Below are positions 46,727 through 55,600 of a stretch of DNA of 64,000 nucleotides, piece by piece. A program made the position numbers and the translations under genes. A model generated the notes under the pieces. That model ran no database searches. It saw only the letters and a list, made by a program, of their open reading frames with translations, and was not told the origin of the DNA. The DNA is from a virus, in IMG/VR virus record IMGVR_UViG_3300043411_001575, positions 105,659-169,658 of that record; one strand, given 5' to 3'. Positions within the stretch are counted from its first letter, which is position 1, and every line of letters starts with the position of its first letter.

Positions 46727-47026
46727 TTACTTACCTGCCTCTACGTTAGCAACTGTTTTAACTGCTTCTGCTGCTGCTTTAACTGCATCTGCGGTTTTAG
46801 CTGTAGCTTCTGCTGCCTTAACTTCAGGGTTAACTTGTTTAAGTGTAGTGTCAGCTTTTTTACCTCCTAAGAAGTAACCCGCTAAAGCACCTGCAACTAA
46901 TCCTGCACCTGCAAAAATTAACATGTTTTTCATGTCTTTTTTCTTCATAAAATAAGCGATTGCTGCTCCTGAAGCTGTACCGATACCTCCCCCGATAAGC
47001 ATTGTTTTCATGTCCATTTTTTTCAT
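46727..47026 (-). CDS. Small glycine-zipper membrane protein
   Basis: Paralog of 29572-29847. Confidence 0.75.
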   Translation of the reverse strand: MKKMDMKTMLIGGGIGTASGAAIAYFMKKKDMKNMLIFAGAGLVAGALAGYFLGGKKADTTLKQVNPEVKAAEATAKTADAVKAAAEAVKTVANVEAGK

Positions 47027-47070
47027 TTTTCTTTTTTTTTTAAATTATTAATTTGATTTATATACAGGGT

Positions 47071-50000
47071 TTAATCTGCCACTTTAAAGTATGGTCTTAA
47101 AAAGCACTTGCGCACCTTAAATCCAACCACGTTTTCTTCAAACTTAGGTTTACGACCTAAGTAAGAAGTCAATTTATCTACGCTCACTTCTTTTCCTGAA
47201 GAAAGAGATTTAAGTATTGAACCTTCGATTCCTACTAAATCAAATTCTCCAACAGAACCTCCATCTTCAAACTCTTTTACATCTTTAATATCAAGACCTT
47301 TTTCTTTAGCTACACTCTTTAATTTACTTTGTATTTTAGAAGTAGTTGGAGAAAACTTTTTATCTAATATTTTAACAACATCTCCTTTACGAGTTGCTAT
47401 TAATGTATAGTAGTTTCTAAGTAAAATTTCTTTATCATATTCATTGTAATGAGTAGATAAGTTTTTAGTTGATACTTCTTCGGTTGAAGTAAGGAAACTT
47501 TCGATTACATCTTCATTTTTACCAACTCGTCCACCTTTAGCAAATTTATAAGTAGCAGCCTGATTGAACATACTTAAAAATTCACTTGCTGCGGATGTTT
47601 TACCTCCACTATTTCTTTTTCCACCAAAAGAGTTTTTAAATTCATTTTTATATTTTGAATCTAAAACCTTATCCAAATGGTTTATGATGTTTTTCTTTAG
47701 TTCAGGTTTTGGGCATTCACAGTCTTCCAATATACTTTTGAATTTCTCAATGTTTTCTTTTGATGCTTCTTTATCAGAAATAGAAAGTAACTTATCCATT
47801 TTTTCATTTCCTTTCATATCACTTGATAATTCGGATAAACCATCAAACCAAGAGTCGGTATCCTCATTGAATGAAGAAGATATTTTACCACCTTTAGCAT
47901 AAGTACCTGCTCTATCAAAAATAACATAACCCTGTTCAAGCATAGTATCAATAAATGAATCAATCATGTACCTTTCATGGTAATACAATTCAGAATCATC
48001 ATGACCTTCATCAGTTAAATCTCCGTTATCATCATAATAGAATCCATCAGTAATAGCAGGAGCTTCAGTTAATCCAAAACCTTGTGCGCCAATATCATCA
48101 AAATACATAAGTTCAGAATTCCCTCTTACATCATCAAATAATTCTGACATGATATAATCATCATTTCTGTCATCATCACGCATTTCTAAAACTTCTGCTC
48201 TTCCATCTTCATCTAATGTAATTTTCAAATTACCATTAGGTGTAATATCAAGGCTAATGTATCTTCCTGAATGTAAATGTTTAGACAAATCTAATTTACC
48301 ACCTTCTTTAAGAATAGGATTTTTAGTTGTTCTAACTTCAAACCAACCTTCTTGATTCTTTAAAGCTTCAGCATTTTTATTTATAGCCTCATTCATTTCT
48401 TTAGTATCTCTACCATTCATAGTTAATGATGATTTTTTAAATACTCTACTTGATGGACTTTCTTTATATTCAATACCAAAAATAAATCTTTCACTAATAC
48501 CACCGCCATTTTTCATTTCTTTATTTCCTTTAACTATTTCTTGTAATAATTTTAAAATATTATCATAAGTTTTAGGCATCTCGTACCCATTCATTTCATC
48601 CCATATTTTTACTCTTACTTTATAATCAAAATTATTATCTTTTTCAAAATAGTAAATTAAATCTTTTAAATCCCATCGGTGTTTTTTAACTGCTTTAGTC
48701 ATATACTCAGCAATTTTTTCTAAATCTTCAGAACTTGTAATTTTTAAATTAGATTCTTCTCCAACTCCACCGCCTTTAGCAAAGTTTTCATTTACCATAA
48801 CACTAGCACTATCAAACGTACTAGCAAAATCTTCTGCTTCTATTTCATTATCAAAATATTTTTCAATGTTTTGAGTTTTATAATTATAAACATAGTAAGG
48901 CTTTTCTGATTCAACATCACCGCCATTTTTCATTTCGTTATTTAAAAGCTTATCGTAATCAACATACTCTTTGTATTTCAAAGTATCAATATTTTCTTTG
49001 AGTGTCTTTTTATAGTTCTCAGCAAACTTCTCAATCGCTTTTAACACAGCACCTTCTTCTTTAGTAGGGGTTCTAAAAGGAATCTTAACTGATTTCATAG
49101 CTAAGTATTGTTCCTTTGGGTCATTCATATTTGGATTTCTATAAATAGATTGACCACCATTACCTCCAAATATTTGAGGATGTAATTCAAGTGAAGATAA
49201 GTCTAAAGTAAGACTAACAGCTTGTGGGTATTGACCTCTTACATTATTAATAGCGTAATCAGAAGCGGCAATAACGATACCTAAATTTTTACCTTCTGAG
49301 AAGAAGTTTTTATATGTCCAAATGTTATGATAAAAATTAGGAACTACTTTATTTAAAATAGCTTCAATTTTTGATTTTAATTCTTGTTCTTTTTCAGTAA
49401 GTTCTCCGCCTTCTGCAAACTTCTTTGTTCTATTAACATCAGAACGATTTTCTCTGTTTTCATAGTAAACATTACCTTCAGCAGAAACACGTTTTCCACC
49501 ATGTAAAGCTTTCACTGATTTATCTCTTGAAATTGCTAACTTAGAACGTTTTAAACTTCCACCTTTTTTATATTGTCCACTATTAACATGTGCTTCTAAA
49601 ACTCGTTTTGTGTGGTCAGTTAAATCAGAATAATTTTTATCTTTTTGAACAATCCTAGAATAACCTAAATTATTTTCTAATCTATCATCATCTAAAAGTT
49701 CACTATGGTCTAATAAAAAGTGACTTCTTTGAGCCTCACTCCAATTATTCCAAATATCTTCAGAACTATGACCATCATATTTATTTTTTAAACTAATTTT
49801 TCCACCTTTTTTGAAAACACCTAATTGATGAATCATTCCATCATCTCCAACTTCAAGGTCAACACTTTTCATTTCACGAGCAGCGTTTTCTAATTTTTCT
49901 TCAACATCTTTATCGTAACCTCTATCAAAGAATCCTGCACCATGACCATTACGTGTAAGCCATATATCATGACCTAGTTGCTCATCAGATGAACCACTTG

Positions 50001-52041
50001 CTTCAATAGCATCGTAGTTATCTTCAATGAACATTTTAACGTCCTTGTACATTCTTTCTCTTGTAGCAGGAGCAATATCAGAAACAGAGTAATTAGCATC
50101 TAATGGCTCATCAGTATCCATATCAGTAGAAGACCATAAAGCGGCAATCATGTAGTTATCTAAAACTTCATTTATTCTATCTTCAGAAATCTCTCCACCT
50201 TTAGCGTATTCTTTTTTACTTTCAAAGTCAATAAAATCAAAATCAACATACATAGTTCTGCCATTAGAAGAAGTTACTTCATATCCATATGATAATACTT
50301 CTTCAATTTTAGCACTCATTCCTGATGGCTTTATCTTTATAGTATCTCCAACTTTTTTATCACCAACCCCACCGCCATTAGCGTATATCAACCTATCAAC
50401 CCTATCTTTTAGGGGTAAATCTATACCGTATTTTTCCACCTTTGACTTTATAGTTGGATTTTCACCTAACGGCTCGTAATAAGCTGACCATTCAGTATCC
50501 AATCCCATTTCAAGTATATGAAGTGCTAATCTCTTAACCTCATCCGACTTTCTTGTAGATATAATTTTGAATAACCTATACTTACCTGAACTTCTATCTA
50601 AAAGAGATTCTTCTTTTGCTTGAAAATCAAATCCGTTTTTATTTAAAAAATTCACTATTGCTGAATCTGTATATTCACCTTTTGAAGAAATATTAATACC
50701 TCTAAAATTATGAACACCTCCATTAAAACGAATTGCTTTTACAAGTTCATTCCAATTTGATATAGTTCTAATTTTACCAACTCCACCACCTTTAGCGTAT
50801 GTTTTTTTGCCATCTTCAGTATTTATATTATGTCCTCTTCTTTGTTTTGCTCTTAAATAAAATCCTCTATCATCTTGAAGATAACCCTTAAATCCGTTCC
50901 AAATATTTTGACCTACACCAACAGGTTCAAAAACTCCAAATAAACCATCTTGAGGAGTTGAATCATAACCATTATAACCATCTACAATAGATGCCTCCCC
51001 AACATATTTATTTCCCTTAAGAAAAACATTTTCAGGTAATGTTATTTTATTATAATTATCAATAACATCTTTATATTTAATGTTTTTAATTTTACCAACT
51101 CCACCACCTTTAGCGTAATCCTCATCTTCTTCATCTATAACGTATCCATTTTCTAAAGCATCTGAATAAAAATGAGGGTATTCTAAATATTCTTTGTAAT
51201 AGAAATCCATTACTTCTCCAATATTTTTTAATTTAAGAATTTCTTTTTTTATTTTTTTAGCATCTTTTTCCCATAAATCATCATAAGTTTTATCAAAAGA
51301 ATGTTTGTAGTCAGCTTGATTAAATCTCCAAGCTTTATTACCTCCACTTAGCCAATAAACAATTGTTTTTTCATCAGATTTTTTTAATTGTTTTGGAGTA
51401 ATAGCTATCTCACGAATTTTAGGATTTTTTTTGTATTTACTATTTATCATTATAGCTACTGCTTCACCAATATCATCAGTACTATATCTCCAACCTGTCG
51501 AATTATTAGAGTCAAAATCAACATCTAAAGTACCATCACTACGTCTTTCAATTAATAATGGATGTTCAAGAAACTCTTGCTTAATAGAACCACCTTTAGC
51601 GAACTCTTCTTCTTCATTTAATTCACGTTCTTGCCAAAAATTATCGTATTGTTTTTCAGAAACATTTGGAACATTATAACTTGAATCAGAACTAATAATT
51701 GTCATATCACCATTAGTAGACCAAGTAGCTGAAATCAAATCTTTACCTACTGATTTAGATTCAGTATTTAAGTATTTTTGAATTCTTTTTGTTGGTGCTT
51801 CGTAATTCCAATATTTATAAGGGATAGAAACGCAATATGAATCTTCAAACTTTTCTTTAGCTTCTTCAAGAGTTAATTCATCTGTAGAACCACCTTTAGC
51901 GAATCTCTTTGTTCTGTTGACATCAGAACGATTTTCACGATATTCATAATAAGTATTACCATCAGCAGATGTACGTTTACCTGCGTGTTGAGCCTTAATA
52001 TTTTTGTCTCTTGCTAAAGCTAATTTTGTTCTTCTGTTCAT
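47071..52041 (-). CDS. Giant modular protein/polyprotein A (1656 aa)
   Basis: About 16 [FYML]xxGG linkers separating unrelated modules. Confidence 0.85.
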   Translation of the reverse strand: MNRRTKLALARDKNIKAQHAGKRTSADGNTYYEYRENRSDVNRTKRFAKGGSTDELTLEEAKEKFEDSYCVSIPYKYWNYEAPTKRIQKYLNTESKSVGKDLISATWSTNGDMTIISSDSSYNVPNVSEKQYDNFWQERELNEEEEFAKGGSIKQEFLEHPLLIERRSDGTLDVDFDSNNSTGWRYSTDDIGEAVAIMINSKYKKNPKIREIAITPKQLKKSDEKTIVYWLSGGNKAWRFNQADYKHSFDKTYDDLWEKDAKKIKKEILKLKNIGEVMDFYYKEYLEYPHFYSDALENGYVIDEEDEDYAKGGGVGKIKNIKYKDVIDNYNKITLPENVFLKGNKYVGEASIVDGYNGYDSTPQDGLFGVFEPVGVGQNIWNGFKGYLQDDRGFYLRAKQRRGHNINTEDGKKTYAKGGGVGKIRTISNWNELVKAIRFNGGVHNFRGINISSKGEYTDSAIVNFLNKNGFDFQAKEESLLDRSSGKYRLFKIISTRKSDEVKRLALHILEMGLDTEWSAYYEPLGENPTIKSKVEKYGIDLPLKDRVDRLIYANGGGVGDKKVGDTIKIKPSGMSAKIEEVLSYGYEVTSSNGRTMYVDFDFIDFESKKEYAKGGEISEDRINEVLDNYMIAALWSSTDMDTDEPLDANYSVSDIAPATRERMYKDVKMFIEDNYDAIEASGSSDEQLGHDIWLTRNGHGAGFFDRGYDKDVEEKLENAAREMKSVDLEVGDDGMIHQLGVFKKGGKISLKNKYDGHSSEDIWNNWSEAQRSHFLLDHSELLDDDRLENNLGYSRIVQKDKNYSDLTDHTKRVLEAHVNSGQYKKGGSLKRSKLAISRDKSVKALHGGKRVSAEGNVYYENRENRSDVNRTKKFAEGGELTEKEQELKSKIEAILNKVVPNFYHNIWTYKNFFSEGKNLGIVIAASDYAINNVRGQYPQAVSLTLDLSSLELHPQIFGGNGGQSIYRNPNMNDPKEQYLAMKSVKIPFRTPTKEEGAVLKAIEKFAENYKKTLKENIDTLKYKEYVDYDKLLNNEMKNGGDVESEKPYYVYNYKTQNIEKYFDNEIEAEDFASTFDSASVMVNENFAKGGGVGEESNLKITSSEDLEKIAEYMTKAVKKHRWDLKDLIYYFEKDNNFDYKVRVKIWDEMNGYEMPKTYDNILKLLQEIVKGNKEMKNGGGISERFIFGIEYKESPSSRVFKKSSLTMNGRDTKEMNEAINKNAEALKNQEGWFEVRTTKNPILKEGGKLDLSKHLHSGRYISLDITPNGNLKITLDEDGRAEVLEMRDDDRNDDYIMSELFDDVRGNSELMYFDDIGAQGFGLTEAPAITDGFYYDDNGDLTDEGHDDSELYYHERYMIDSFIDTMLEQGYVIFDRAGTYAKGGKISSSFNEDTDSWFDGLSELSSDMKGNEKMDKLLSISDKEASKENIEKFKSILEDCECPKPELKKNIINHLDKVLDSKYKNEFKNSFGGKRNSGGKTSAASEFLSMFNQAATYKFAKGGRVGKNEDVIESFLTSTEEVSTKNLSTHYNEYDKEILLRNYYTLIATRKGDVVKILDKKFSPTTSKIQSKLKSVAKEKGLDIKDVKEFEDGGSVGEFDLVGIEGSILKSLSSGKEVSVDKLTSYLGRKPKFEENVVGFKVRKCFLRPYFKVAD

Positions 52042-52064
52042 CTTGAGTGTCTTTTTTTATTTAA

Positions 52065-52568
52065 TTAAATAGCTACGTTTAAACCTACTGATGGCATTTT
52101 ATAATCTACACCATTAGCTCCGCCTTTGAAGTAAATCATAATAGTACCTTTGCTATCTTTAGTTGCTTTTGTTATTCTACCTAAGAATTTATCTTTTGTA
52201 GTTTTGAATGCTTCTTTACCTGCTAAATCATACACTTTTAAACCATCTATTTTAGCGGAAATACTTTTTCCATTTGCGCCATCAGTATTCTCTGATAAAT
52301 AATCAATCAAAGTAACTAATTTAGTTGGCTTGTAAGCAACTCCTAAATTACCTGAACCTGTAGATGTTCGAGATGGTTTTACGTTAGAACTTGGACTAAT
52401 ATCACTAGGAATATCAGAGCCACTTTCAGGATTACTTTCCTTACTTGAATCACCTCCTGTATCAGTATTATCAGGCTTGTTCTTTCTGTAAGAATAAATT
52501 GCTATACCTGCTGCAATAGCTAATAAGCTTCCGCCTATCAATAATACTTTTTTTAATTGAGGTGTCAT
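52065..52568 (-). CDS. Membrane-anchored hypothetical protein
   Basis: N-terminal TM, Ser-rich linker. Confidence 0.75.
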   Translation of the reverse strand: MTPQLKKVLLIGGSLLAIAAGIAIYSYRKNKPDNTDTGGDSSKESNPESGSDIPSDISPSSNVKPSRTSTGSGNLGVAYKPTKLVTLIDYLSENTDGANGKSISAKIDGLKVYDLAGKEAFKTTKDKFLGRITKATKDSKGTIMIYFKGGANGVDYKMPSVGLNVAI

Positions 52569-52630
52569 TTGAAAATTTGCTTTAAAAAATATTTGTAAAA
52601 TTAATGAATATTAATCTTTTATTTTAAACA

Positions 52631-52671
52631 ATATCTGTAACACCTTTTGAGAATGTTACAGATATTTTTTT
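52631..52671. terminator. Intrinsic terminator hairpin
   Basis: ATATCTGTAACA...TGTTACAGATAT perfect 12 bp stem right after the stop codon of 52672-58491. Confidence 0.7.
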
Positions 52672-55600
52672 TTAGTATGCTCTTTTATTTTTAGGGTTTT
52701 TATCTGAATGGTCACGACGATTCTCCTGATAAATCATTTTTCTCGCTTTCACATCTCCTTCTTCATATGCTTTAATATCTTTTTGGGTCACAGGTTTGTA
52801 ATATTCTTTATCTGTTTTTTTAATTTTACGCATCATTCCTGTAGACTTATCTAAAATCTTACGATAACGGTATCCAACAAGTCGGGATTGTACTGACGTG
52901 TCTCTTGAACCATAAGGAACATCTCTTTCATATTGTGCGCCTCTTTGTTTGATAGCTCCACCTTTTTTGTAGTCATCCTCACCTGCCCAATCTGAATAAC
53001 CAACGTTAAAGGCAATAGGGTCATTCTTTCTTAACCAAAGTCCATAAGTATTTAAATGCTTATAAGGAACTCTTCCTCCGTATTCAGGATGGTCATGTTC
53101 AGGAACTCCTATTTCGTTTAGAAGCTCAACGTATTTTGCTTTTGTTTTTTTTAAGCTTCCACCTTTAGCAAATTCTTCATCATCGAATTCAGGAACTCCT
53201 GCTGCTTCTAATAATTCAACATCACCTTTATCAATATATTTTGATAATGATTGAAGTTCAATCAATTCACCTTGACTAATTCGTTCTTCACGAAGTTCTC
53301 CTCTCAAATATTCTAATCGTTCTTTAATTTCTTCCGTATTATCAAGTCCACCACCATCAGCGTATTCATTAAAATATTTTATCAATTCGTTTTCTTCTTC
53401 ATCCGTTAAAGAAAGTTGTCCACTTGAATAAAGATTATTTAATTCTTGTTTTGATGGCTTATAGCCATACTTTTTTTCATATTTTCCAATAATATTTTTA
53501 ATTAAAATACTTTCACCAACTCCACCACCATCAGCGTATTCATCATTTATTTTTAATTTTTCTCCTATAAAATACTCTTTACCATTATACACTACAACAA
53601 AATTACCTTTTTTTAATTCTTTTCGTATAAATGGCTTTGTTCTTTTTATAAATTCTTCTACTTCTTCTCCCGTTTCAAATGTCATTCCACCCTGCGAACT
53701 ATAAATATCTTTATATCTAAATTTTTCTTCTTCCACTTCATCATCATCTTCAAATTCAGGAACTCCTGCTGCTTCTAATAATTCCACATCACCTTTATCA
53801 ATATATTTTGATAATGATTGAAGTTCAATCAATTCACCTTGACTAATTCGCTCTGCACGAAGTTCTTTTCTAAGATACTCTAATCTTTTTTTAATTTTTT
53901 TCGTATCACTAACTCCTCCACCTTTAGCAAATTCTTCATCATTTTCGTATTCCCAAAAACCAAAGTCAGAACCATTTCCTTCGTGTGAACCAAAAGAAGT
54001 TCCTTCAGGAGCAATGTTATTTAATAAATCGAAAATATCTTCATTTAAAATGTATGTAGCGGTTTCTTCAGACTCACCAACGAAATCACCATCTTCATCT
54101 TTTTCTAAAGCATTAACTTCTTCCTGAAGATTATTTACTTTTTCTTCAATACCAAGTTCTACTTTTACAGATTGTAAAAAATCCATGAAAGACTCTATAA
54201 GATGTTCTGACTTCAATGTACCACTTGATAGAGATTTGCCTATCATACTTGATGACAATTCACCGCCATTAGCCATTTTACCTTTACTACTTCTTGCTTC
54301 ATATTCTTCTTGGTATCTAGGCAAGTTATGTGGTTCATTAGGAAATAACTCTTTCAAACGTGCTTTGTTTTTTTCACTTAACGGAACACCTTTTGGGTTA
54401 TAAAAATCAAGGTCTGTTTCAGGGATATATTTTAATCCTGAATTATCTAACATCCTTACAACAACTAATCCTTTTGCTATTGGATTTCCTGTTTGGTCTG
54501 TGTATCCAAAAATTTGACCTTTATCACCATAATATTTATTTTTAGCAATACCTATTACGAAGTCATCTTCTTGGAACTTTCTTAACCCACCACCTTTAGC
54601 GTAATTATTAAACCAATTATCAATACTTTTTTTACCATTTTCAAATGATGATGCTGTACCCATACTTACACCATCCATTACAATATCCCAAGCTAATTTA
54701 CCCTCTCCCTTATCACCTTTTGGTATAGTATTTCTTACAAGATGAAATGTGCTACCTTTAATTTCTTTTTCATAGTAAATAGGAACAGCCCTTTTACCCC
54801 AATGTCCGTAATGAGTATATGCAATTGGTTCACCAACCCCACCACCATTAGCGTATTTAGGATTTAATAATCCTATAATCTGCTTGACCTTTTCTAAATA
54901 TGTATTTCTTCTTTCTTTACTGTTTGAAATTATTACCCTTTTATTATTATGAGTATCGGTGAATAACTCCTCAACTAACCATTTTGAAGTCCTAATTTTT
55001 TTATTTTCATCTATTTTTGATTTTACTCCGTTTAATGTCGTTCTCATATCGAAAGGAAGAATAATAATATCTCCAACTTTAATATCACCAACCCCACCGC
55101 CATTAGCAAAACTTTCTACAAACTCATATTGGTTTCCTTCGTAATGTAAAGTATAACCAACAAATCCATTGTTTTTATACCATAGTTCTTTTGTTTTTCC
55201 ACCATCATCTGAAACTATTATTTCTTTACCTTTTTTTGAAATTAGTTTATATCCACTCGGTTTTGATGTGTTAGGTTGACCACCCATAAGTTCTTCACCA
55301 ACCCCACCACCATTAGACATTTTCTTTTTATTCTTGTCCTTGCTTCTTTCGAATTCATCAACAATACTCATTTTTGATGGAGGAAATATTCTTTTAATTT
55401 TATCTTTACCTATGAATGTTAATCTTCCATCTCCATTATTATCTCTTCCAATAAATGTATATAATTGACCATCACTTGAATTTTTATACAATTTGTTTAT
55501 TTCAAAATCATCATAATCTAAACTACCACCTTTTTCTTTTTTATTTGTATTATTTCTTTCGAATTCATCAACAATCTCTTCAACGAAGTCATCACCTTTA

